From contig OZ024740.1 in NCBI GenBank assembly GCA_964016885.1, positions 247,628,001 through 247,692,000 of the forward strand: DNA of 64,000 nt, given 5' to 3'. Below, one piece after another: positions 24,412 through 36,114 of the stretch (the first letter of the stretch is position 1; the number at the start of each line of letters is the position of its first letter). The stretch comes from Eledone cirrhosa (lineage: Eukaryota). The translations under genes and the position numbers were made by a program. The notes beneath the pieces are model-generated. The model was not told where the DNA came from and made no database searches. It worked only from the letters and a program-made list of their open reading frames with translations.

Positions 24412-27308
24412 AACCAGTAAGACCCCGACGGCTGAGCTCAAGCCGTTTCGATGGCTAATTCTGGACTAAATGAAAATTTATCCTGGTATTTAAATAGCCG
24501 ATCTTCTCATGGGGTAATTCCATATATGGTCAAAGTGATTGTCAAAAGTCAGTAGTAATTCTGTGGTTGCAAATTAGTAGGGGAGATGGTGGCTAAACCT
24601 GCCAGTAGGAGAAAGAGGGGAGGGGGTGGAGTAGACCCAACCAAGCGTTGGTAGTGCCAGCTACAGCTGGGCATGAGGTCAAAGAAGATACTGGGGAGGG
24701 GGAGGGGGAGGAAGTCGGAACGGTAGGTAGAACAATGAGGGGTAAAAATATATATGAAAGAAAAAATACTGAGAGTGAAGAAAAGCGAATAAGTGTAAAG
24801 AAAAAAGTAAAGCAAGTTCTACGACCTAGGTGTCTAGCTATTGTTAGGCTAGATAAATAAATAAATAAAGAAAGAAAGAAGTAAAGAAAGAAATAAAGAA
24901 ATAACGAAATAAGTAAATGAACTAGGTGGGACGGAATAGGCAAGGACCCTTTTAAGAGGTATAAGTACGTAAATCATACGGTGACGGGTCAACAAATGGT
25001 GCCAAAATACTAAAGAGACTACCACGAAATAAATAATAAAGGTTTCTATCCCGGGCACAATGCCAGCAACCACCCAGTGCAGCAAAGTAAACTAGTACGA
25101 GATAATAATTCTGAGTCCCGAAAAAAATATATACTAATGCTAACTCTAAAAGGTCTTATACAAGCTACATGAAAGTTCGTACGAAGTAAAGGTAGAAAAA
25201 TAAATTCAGAATCCACCCCGCCCAAAAGAAAAGCGAAGAAAGAAAAACTGAAACGAGAAAATAAGGCATAAGTGCCACTAAGAAATATAGAAGGCACGGA
25301 AAATAGTGGGAGCGGACGGAAAAAGGGGGCAAGTATCCGGAGTCTAAACCAGCTGCTATAAAAAGCGGAGTCCGCCAAATCTATCATAGACTAGGGGATG
25401 GGATGGGGGCACTGAGGTTACAAGGGGCCAAAGGGCAGCCTCGGGTGGGCGAGAAAAGACGCCGACAAAGAAGAAGAGCTGGGGTAGAAGGACTAAGGAG
25501 GGATGGGGGGAAGAAGGAAATAAAGGAAGCGATAAAAGAATAAAAAGATCTTACGTCTCGCTTGGCAAGCAGGGGTTACCCATTGCAAAATCGGCAAAGG
25601 TGTTATAGCCCTAGTCTACCCCCCCCCCCCGGGTCATTATGGGGTTTGAGAGCGAGGTAAGTCCTACGCAATCTATGTTTACATGCAGTAACCAGTTCAT
25701 CTTTCTTGTTTAGGAGTTGGTCCGTCGAAAACAGCATTTGTAAAGTTTCCTCCGAGCATAAATTGCACGGACGGCGTCCTCCCGTGTAAGAATTGGCTCT
25801 GGAGAGTAATCTCCAAGTGAGATCATAGGTGATGTTGTTGTCCTTGAGGTCCCATATGTGGCCCGAAAGTGTAGTGGCGTGACGCCGGGCCGGGTTTCGG
25901 AAGGTATGTCTATGTTGGTATAGCCGGGTCTAGAAGTCACATGCGGTTAGTCCTATATAGGCTTTGTTGGAGGTGTCCATCCTCACGTTGCACTGGTAGA
26001 TCACATTACGGTCTCTGCATCTATTGTCGAGTGGGAAAATGGATCTATCCGGACAGTTACACCCCTGGTCGGTTCTCCACTGCTATTTAGGTTATTTCTG
26101 CCATCGGGGTTGAGTTTTTTGTTGTTAGAGGAGACGATGTTTTGTGCGAAGTTTGGTGTAGTGCTGTAAGAGAGTTTGATGGTATTTTTGTTAATTATGT
26201 TGTGGTAGCGGTGTTGTAGTGGGAAGTGTTTTTCAATGAGCCTAAAGAATAGTTTCCCGATGGGAGTAGTCACCTCTGCGTTGTGGGGAGGATTGAACCA
26301 TGTTACATTGCGTGAGCGGCGGTGTCTCCTGCTGGTTCCGCTAATGGGAGCTGGACAGTAGGATATTTCCTCCCGGAAACCACTCCGCTTGAGGGCCTGG
26401 TTGTAATAAGGCGCATGTTCATCGAATATCCGCTCATTAGCTGACAAACGGGATATGCGGAGGGAGATGTTTTTGACCAGGTTGTTTGTGATGTTCCTAG
26501 GATGGTTTGATCGGCGGTGAATGTAGTGCAGGTTGTCATTAGGTTTCCTGTATGGGTAGTACAGGTCGTTTTCGAGGTCGAGGGTCACGTTCAGGAAGTT
26601 TACTCGGGTCAGGGACGTTTGTAGGGTTATTTTAAATCCCCAGTCGCGGAAGAAGCTGATTAATTGTTTCCGGACCCGATCTGTACTACTGGGGTTGTAC
26701 CCTTTAAGGGTAAGGAGCCCATCATCACGGTACAATCCACCACCGAATGCAGGAAACATATCAGTGAGTTTGGCTATTAGGAATAATCCTATAAGATCTG
26801 TGACCTCCGCCGAATCCGTGGCGCCCATGCTGACGTCGAAGGGTGAGTCGGGAGCTCTTTTTATCCATTTAGAGTCGTCAAAGAGTAAGACTCTCTTCCT
26901 GGCGTGGAGGATGATTTTTCTTTCCTGGTCGGTGATGGGCACAAGTGTTTCGGGGAAGTCCAAGGCGGCAGTAAGTAGCGGTAAGGTGATTGAAGCATAG
27001 TAGCTCTCTATGTCGAACTGTATGAATTTAGTGTCTCGTTTATCCTCCATATTGCTGAACCATGAGATTAATTCCTGGGTGTTGATCCATAGGCTAAGTC
27101 GGGCATGTTGCTTGACTTTTGGTATCACGCGGTCTAGGATTTTTTTGCTGATTCTCCCTATGTCGGACTTCGTTGGGTTAATAAGCCTGATAGAGGGTTT
27201 ACGGTCAAAATCGGATTTATGGTCCTTCAGTGTGAAGTATGGTGTCCGTGGGTCTAGAGGTTCCGTGCGGTCGGCGACCCCGGGGCTGGAGGTAATTTGT
27301 TGTAATTT
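24410..27308 (-). mobile_element. Penelope-like element A, left arm (5'-truncated, RT + GIY-YIG, long 3' region)
   Basis: ORF 26001-27323 with FDIESYY, MGATDSAEVTDLIG, LYRDDGL, VTWFNPP and TIKLSYS. It frameshifts before GIY-YIG and ends in (TA)n. Confidence 0.9.
24422..24515 (-). ncRNA. Type I hammerhead ribozyme, PLE-A left arm (core ATGAGAA, probably damaged)
   Basis: Stem I ACCCC/GGGGT and GAAAC-GGCT..AGCC-GTC; mirror of 29647-29740. Confidence 0.6.
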
Positions 27309-29832
27309 GAGCTCCCGACTCACCCTTCGACGTCAGCATGGGCGCCACGGATTCGGCGGAGGTCACAGATCTTATAGGATTATTCCTAATAGCCAAACTC
27401 ACTGATATGTTTCCTGCATTCGGTGGTGGATTGTACCGTGATGATGGGCTCCTTACCCTTAAAGGGTACAACCCCAGTAGTACAGATCGGGTCCGGAAAC
27501 AATTAATCAGCTTCTTCCGCGACTGAGGATTTAAAATAACCCTACAAACGTCCCTGACCCGAGTAAACTTCCTGGACGTGACCCTCGACCTCGAAAACGA
27601 CCTGTACTACCAATACAGGAAACCTAATGACAACCTGCACTACATCCACCGCCGATCAAACCATCCTAGGAACATCACAAACAACCTGGTCAAAAACATC
27701 TCCCTCCGCATATCCCGTTTGTCAGCTAATGAGCGGATATTCGATGAACATGCGCCTTATTACAACCAGGCCCTCAAGCGGAGTGGTTTCCGGGAGGAAA
27801 TATCCTACTGTCCAGCTCCCATTAGCGGAACCAGCAGGAGACACCGCCGCTCACGCAATGTAACATGGTTCAATCCTCCCCACAACGCAGAGGTGACAAC
27901 TCCCATCGGGAAACTATTCTTTAGGCTCATTGAAAAACACTTCCCACTACAACACCGCTACCACAACATAATTAACAAAAATACCATCAAACTCTCTTAC
28001 AGCACTACACCAAACTTCGCACAAAACATCGTCTCCTCTAACAACAAAAAACTCAACCCCGATGGCAGAAATAACCTAAATAGCAGTGGAGAACCGACCA
28101 GGAGGTGTAACTGTCCGGATAGATCTATTTTCCCACTCGACAATAGATGCAGAGACCGTAATGTGATCTACCAGTGCAACGTGAGGATGGACACCTCCAA
28201 CAAAGCCTATATAGGACTAACCGCATGTGACTTCTAGACCCGGCTATACCAACATAGACATACCTTCCGAAACCCGGCCCGGCGTCACGCCACTACACTT
28301 TCGGGCCACATATGGGACCTCAAGGACAACAACATCACCTATGATCTCACTTGGAGATTACTGTCCAGAGCCAATTCTTACACGGGAGGACGCCGTCCGT
28401 GCAAATTAAGCTCGGAGGAAACTTTACAAATGCTGTTTTCGACGGACCAACTCCTAAACAAGAAAGATGAACTGGTTACTGCATGTAAACATAGATTGCG
28501 TAGGACTTACCTCGCTCTCAAACCCCATAATGACGCGGGAGGTAGACTAGGGCTATAACACCTCTTGCCGATTTTGCAATGGGTAACCCCTGCTTGCCAA
28601 GCGAGACGTAAGATCTTTTTATTCTTTTATCGCTTCCTTTATTTCCTTCTTCCCCCCATCCCTCCTTAGTCCTTCTACCCCAGCTCTTCTTCTTTGTCGG
28701 CGTCTTTTCTCGCCCACCCGAGGCTGCCCTTTGGCCCCTTGTAAGCTCAGTACCCCCACCTCCTCCCCTAGTCTATGATAGATTTGGCGGACTCCGCTTT
28801 TTATAGCAGCTGGTTTAGACCCCGGTTACTTGCCCCCTTTTTCCGACCGTTCCCACTATTTTCCGGGCCTTCTATATTTCTTAGTGGCACTTATGCCTTA
28901 TTTTCTCGTTTCAGTTTTTCTTTCTTCGCTTTTCTTTTGGGCGGGGTGGATTCTGAATTTATTTTTCTACCTTTACTTCGTACGAACTTTCATGTAGCTT
29001 GTATAAGACCTTTTAGAGTTAGCATTAGTATATATTTTTTTCGGGACTCAGAATTATTATCTCGTACTAGTTTACTTTGCTGCACTGGGTGGTTGCTGGC
29101 ATTGTGCCCGGGATAGAAACCTTTATTAATTATTTCGTGGTAGTCTCTTTAGTATTTTGGCACCATTTGTTGACCCGTCACCGTATGATTTACGTACTTA
29201 TACCTCTTAAAAGGGTCCTTGCCTATTCCGTCCCACCTAGTTCATTTACTTATTTCGTTATTTCTTTATTTCTTTCTTTACTTCTTTCTTTATTTATTTA
29301 TTTATTTATCTAGCCTAACAATAGCTAGAGACTTAGGTCGTAGAACTTGCTTTACTTTTTTCTTTACACTTATTCGCTTTTCTTCACTCTCAGTATTTTT
29401 TCTTTCATATATATTTTTACCCCTCATTGTTCTACCTACCGTTCCGACTTCCTCCCCCTGCCCCTCCCCAGTATCTTCTTTGACCTCATGCCCAGCTGTA
29501 GCTGGCACTACCAACGCTTGATTGGGTCTACTCCACCCCCTCCCCTCTTTCTCCTACTGGCAGGTTTAGCCACCATCTCCCCTACTAATTTGCAATCACA
29601 GAATTACTACTGACTTTTGACAATCACTTTGACCATATATGGAATTACCCCTTGAGAAGATCGGCTATTTAAATACCAGGATAAATTTTCATTTAGTCCA
29701 GAATTAGCCGTCGAAACGGCTTGAGCTCAGCTGTCGGGGTCTTACTGGTTCCTATTACCCACTCTACTACCCCAAGTATTGAGTACTTTGGTGCGTTATG
29801 GTCCACCTGGTTCCTTACCACATTTCCTTCGT
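27309..29832 (+). mobile_element. Penelope-like element A, right arm (inverted copy of 24410-26857)
   Basis: Reverse complement of the left arm with scattered substitutions. Stops at 27524 and 28235. GIY-YIG motif VIYQC...AYIGLT. Ends in (TA)n. Confidence 0.9.
29647..29740 (+). ncRNA. Type I hammerhead ribozyme with U3-A8 variant core
   Basis: ACCCC-TTGAGAA-GA(T)CGGCTA..long loop..TAGCCGTC-GAAAC-GGCT TGAGCTC AGCT-GTC-GGGGT. Confidence 0.75.
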
Positions 29833-30652
<820 letters not shown>

Positions 30653-30701
30653 ATATATATGTATATATATATATAATTATTTCAATAAATATTTTAATAA
30701 A

Positions 30702-30772
<71 letters not shown>

Positions 30773-30963
30773 TGGTTAACATTTATTTTGTTTTTATCAT
30801 TTATTTTGTTTGACCTGTTTACCTTGATTTATTTTTTGGCTTAGGTGGTTAATGCCTTGTTAACCACTTTTTCTTAACTGTTGGAACGCTTGCCAGCATT
30901 TCTACGATTTTGCGTTTCGTTTCGCTTTTTCTAGCAGCCGAAATACGATTCTCGGTGAATTTA

Positions 30964-31002
<39 letters not shown>

Positions 31003-31843
31003 ATAATAATGATGGCTGCGCGTTGCAAATGGTGGTGCATATGAAAAGTAAGTCCTTCATCAGTGACCCTCCAACCGTCCCAGGCATTTCATCGCTTTAA
31101 GGGCCATATGCCTCAGGTTGGTGCGAACAACGGCTAAAAAAAGTCGTTGGGACACGTAAATAAAGGAGACGTTAGGGTAACAAACAAAATGGTTTAAGCA
31201 ACGGAAAGTGAGAAGAAATAGACAAGTCCCAGATCTCTATGAATATAAACTCGGTGAAATCGTGAACAAGAGACAAAAGACCATCAAACCTGGTTGAAAT
31301 GTGAGCAAGGAAGGAATTTCGCACAGGTCTAACGGGGGAGAAGAAGAAGAAGAAGAAGAAGAAGAAGAAGAAGAAGAAGAAGAAGAAGAAGAAGAAGAAG
31401 AAGAAGAAGAAGAAGAAGAAGGGGTCTGGTCTACGAATTCGGTAAACATAAGTTTTGTGAAGTCGCAGAGAGAGAGAGAAAAAAAATTCCCTACCAGCTT
31501 GACCAAGACCGCGCGAGAAAAGAATTACACACAGGTCAAACTTGAAGGAGGAGGAGGAAAGAGGATGAGGAGAGGTAGTGACAGAGAATGAGTGAGTGAA
31601 AGTTGAGGAGGAGGCTAACAGAGAGAGCGACTGCTAGAAAGGGTAAAAGGTACAAAAGGAGGAGGCTAACAGAGAGAGAGACTGCTAGAAAGGGTAAAAG
31701 GTACAAAGAACGAAACAGACGGGTGGCAGCAGAAGAAAAAGTATGTGTAAATATGATAATAATGATGGCTGCGCGTTGCAAATGGTGGTGCATATGAAAA
31801 AGTAAGTCCTTCATCAGTGACCCTCCAACCGTTCCACGCATTT
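31003..31843 (-). mobile_element. About 840-bp non-coding element with about 87-bp direct terminal repeats, between (TA)n tracts
   Basis: 31003-31089 matches 31756-31843. The repeats contain CTGATGAAGGAC on the minus strand. Internal (GAA)n and a 51-bp tandem duplication. Confidence 0.6.
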
Positions 31844-32353
31844 ATATACATATATGTATATATATATTTATATATAAATGGAAAAAATGAAACGAAATGT
31901 CATTTCTCACTCTTAGTACGGCTGTTACTCAAATATAAGTATGTATACGTACATACATATATGTATACAGACGTACAGTAGTATACATACATGCACACAT
32001 GCACATATGTAGGTATGGATTTACCGAACATTTATTATAATTACAAACAAACTGCGCATTATAGTAAATGTTCGGATAATCCATACGTACATATATATAT
32101 GTGTGCATGTATGTATATATATATATACATACTACTGTACGTCTGTATACATGTATGTACGTATACATACTTATATTTAAGTAACAGCCGTACTAAGAGT
32201 GAGAAATGAAATTTAGTTTCATTTTTTCCATTTATCGTTTTCGGTGCGCCCGGCCGATTAACTCGCTCGATATGCAAATTAGGCTGCTTAGCCCTTAATA
32301 AGCATAAGGAAAGTATATACTTTCAGACGTTCAATCATCTGGCAGGAAGGTAT

Positions 32354-32396
32354 ACGGTGCTGACGATAGCTAATAAGCTTAAAACTAGTACATCGT
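32354..32396 (+). ncRNA. Minimal hammerhead-like motif (G12 mutated)
   Basis: ACGGTG-CTGACGA-T-AGCT AATA AGCT-T-AAAA-CTAG-TA-CATCGT; homologous to the copies at 47.5 and 63.7 kb. Confidence 0.6.
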
Positions 32397-32497
32397 TCCT
32401 TTGTCAGTGTTGAACAAAAGGGCAACGATGGTTGCTAAACACTGCACGGCTTAATCCGGGATGTTTGTTTACAAACAAACCGAGCATTATAATAAAT

Positions 32498-32686
32498 GGG
32501 CGGTGAATTGACAGTATCGGTAGAGGGTTGGACGCCATGCTTTGATGCATAGAGTTACGGCCCTTGCCATTCTGAGTTCAAATCCCGCCGAGGTTAACTT
32601 TGCCTTTCATCTTTACGGGGTAGATAAAATAAAGTACCAGTAGTGTACTGGGTAATTGCTGGCCTTGTGCCTAAAGTAGAAACAAT
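32498..32686 (+). mobile_element. tRNA-derived SINE with target-site duplication
   Basis: B box GAGTTCAAATCC; flanked by the repeat ATTATAATAA.TG. Confidence 0.85.
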
Positions 32687-32842
32687 TATAATAACTGTTC
32701 GGTAAATCCATACGTACATATATATATGTGTGCATGTATGTATATATATACATAATACTGTACGTCTGTATACATATATGCATGTACATTTTTTCCATAT
32801 ATATATATATACATACATATATATGTATACACACACATACAC

Positions 32843-32874
<32 letters not shown>

Positions 32875-32895
32875 GTACATTTTGGTAGATTTATC

Positions 32896-32959
<64 letters not shown>

Positions 32960-32968
32960 CATATATAC

Positions 32969-33001
<33 letters not shown>

Positions 33002-33627
33002 CATACACACAGATATATAGATATAGATATTTACACACACAAAGGTAAGCAAAGAATATTCTTTAAAATTTTATAGTCTAAAATTTCAAGTTATTTAATT
33101 AATTGATTATTTCTAATTAACTTAAGTTTTGAAAATAAACGGTCACGCATCATATACCTAGATCTTCCTTCCCCTATGTAATTATACGTTATTTATACGT
33201 TACCATAAGCATCTTCCTTTGTTTTTACTATTAAACCTACTTCCTTTTCTTCTCTCTATCCTTTGATTACCTCTCTCGTTATCTCACATATCTCCCTTTC
33301 TTTGTTTTTACTATCAAATCTATTCCTTTTCTCTCTCTCCTCCGATTAGCTTTTTTGGCTCTCTCGCTTGCTCTATCTACAATACGGAGGTATACATATT
33401 TTATTATTTAAATTTTTAACAGTTAAGTAGTTTTATGTATTATATTTATTATTATATATTTTTATATTTTTATATTTTTATACATAATCTCATACGTACC
33501 CTCTGTATTATATGTAATTTTTCATGTTTCAACTTAAGGTATATAAATATTGAGTTTTGTCATAACTAATCACTGCCATGACTGAATTTTAACAATCAAC
33601 ACAGTCAAGGTATGTCAGACATCAATT

Positions 33628-33693
33628 TATTTTATCTGATGAGGGCGTACTGTTGAAATAGCTCAGTACCTCTGAAATATGTATAATAAAATA
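33628..33693 (+). ncRNA. Type I hammerhead ribozyme, same family as 30458
   Basis: TATTTTAT-CTGATGA-GGG.GTACTG..CAGTAC.CTCT-GAAA-TATGTA-TA-ATAAAATA. Confidence 0.7.
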
Positions 33694-33734
33694 TATTTGA
33701 TCACATGAATGTCTATATTTATTAATTGTTTCTA

Positions 33735-33915
33735 GTATTGGCACAAGACCAGCAAATACCCAGTACATTACTGGTACTTTATTTTATCGACCCCTTAAGG
33801 ATGAAAGGCAAAGTTAACCTCGGCGAGATTTGAACACAGAATGGCAAGGGCCGTAACTCTATGCGTCAAAGCATGGTGTCCGACCCTCTACCGATACTGC
33901 CAATCCACCACCCTT
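33735..33915 (-). mobile_element. tRNA-derived SINE
   Basis: Reverse complement of the 32.5-kb family; identical by eye to the copy at 40.5 kb. Confidence 0.85.
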
Positions 33916-33939
33916 TCTATATTTATTAATATTTTGAAG

Positions 33940-34436
<497 letters not shown>

Positions 34437-34482
34437 AAATATATGAAATATAAGAATCAAAGAACTGTTCAAAACATTATTG

Positions 34483-34529
34483 TGCTTACAGCTGTTTCCT
34501 CCAAACCGAGGTTTGGATTCTTCGGAGCA
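34483..34529 (-). ncRNA. Hammerhead in the inverted arm of PLE-B
   Basis: Reverse complement of 35819-35865. Confidence 0.7.
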
Positions 34530-35818
34530 ATTTATTAATGCATGGACAGTTATATGACCTCCCTTTCAGCCGAGAGACATACCAATACATATTCAAACAT
34601 TGATACATATTCAAACATTGTGGGTCAACATTCATTACAGAATTTAGAGTGGCAGTACACACTTCGAGATTACATTTATATTAATAGGTACAATCAAAAA
34701 TCAAAGATATAGGTTAAAGTACAACATGAAGATAAGTGGTTATATAGTGCAAATGTTATATGTGTGGCACGCATGTGCGTCTTGTTTATATAGTGTGGCA
34801 GAGAGATATGTGTGGTAGAGGCACTTAGGTAGGTAAATAAGAGTGTTAGGTTGGTAGATCTGGTGGCAAAGTCTTTATATGATTGATATAGTCTGTGTGT
34901 GGAGAAATATTATAAGCATTAAAGATAGTGCAAGCATTAAAAGTGTTATAAGTATTGGAGATGCACAGCGCAGGGATGTCAAGTAATTCATGTACTTCGG
35001 TATTTTCATGGTCAAGGGAGTGTATATTTCGATTATATGCCTTTCACATAATCCACGACAATCCAGTTAGAGATCGTAGTCTGGTGTTCTTTAGTTCGAT
35101 ACAGGAGGTTGTTACGTTTCGAGAGACGCCATTGAATACCGGAAGTGTGTGTGTGGCTAAGGGGAGTTAATGCATGCGGGGAGGTAACTCTGGGGTTTCT
35201 ATATCTAGCCATTAAAATGTGTCCCAATATAGACCCTAAATTCTATGGTGAGGTGCACCTTCCAAGAGAGACTTTTAAAGCATAAAGTGTACTAACTATA
35301 GAGTAGTTTAACTAAATTATGCTGAAGGTGATCATATTATTATTAAGGTGGATTAACCCATCTTAAGGTGCTACAAATGGAAATTATAGATGATGAGCGA
35401 GGATTCTAAATTAATGATCTCTGTGGTTGTAGTCTGCTCATATGACCAGGCGCGGTGATTGCAGGATTGCTTCAGGACCCAATGATCTCTGGTAAGATCT
35501 GGGTCATCGCTTGCTACATTGGATGTCGAAAGATAATCATCCCCAGGCAGGCCAAAGGTCAATCCGCAGTCCTCGCGACCCCTCTCTGACCGTCAGATCA
35601 TCCATATACGTACAACCCGCACGGCAGTTGCATTGCATTCACTCACTGCGCTCAGCAGCCTGGTCCTACTGGTCAACAGCGCTACTCGATTAAATCATTT
35701 TACATCTGTCTAATGAATGTTGACCCACAATGTTTGAATATGTATCAATGTTTGAATATGTATTGGTATGTCTCTCGGCTGAAAGGGAGGTCATATAACT
35801 GTCCATGCATTAATAAAT

Positions 35819-35865
35819 TGCTCCGAAGAATCCAAACCTCGGTTTGGAGGAAACAGCTGTAAGCA
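35819..35865 (+). ncRNA. Minimal type I hammerhead with CCGAAGA (U4C) core, 5' pLTR
   Basis: TGCT-CCGAAGA-A-TCCAAACC TC GGTTTGGA-G-GAAA-CAGCTG-TA-AGCA; palindromic stem III. Confidence 0.7.
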
Positions 35866-36114
35866 CAATAATGTTTTGAACAGTTCTTTGATTCTTATAT
35901 TTCATATAACTGCTCTGTAAATCATCTGATGTTTTTACATTGAGCTACTTAATTTACTGGCAATAAGGTAGTAATACATTACTGCCTACCACTATTTAGG
36001 GTGTGTGTAAAATACTTACAACTGCTTAAGGTTTTGTGTTTACATAACCATAAATAGTATAACTAATACTATTAACTGCTCCATATCGTTGAGCTGACAT
36101 ATAATATTGCCAAT

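Larger units (their letters stand above)
31876..32800 (+). mobile_element. Miniature non-coding PLE-like element: inverted tail + repeat + hammerhead body + repeat
   Basis: 31876-32040 is the reverse complement of 32056-32233, and 32041-32170 recurs from 32469 (split by a SINE). Hammerhead-like fold at 32354-32396. Confidence 0.7.

Noticed and set aside
27524-27526. In-frame TGA as selenocysteine recoding, as reported for some PLE clades
   Set aside because: The mirror arm has TGG (Trp), so this is a simple nonsense mutation.
32265-32480. Octamer, Sox and Fox-like motifs suggesting an enhancer
   Set aside because: They lie inside a dispersed hammerhead-bearing repeat with relatives at 47.5 and 63.7 kb.
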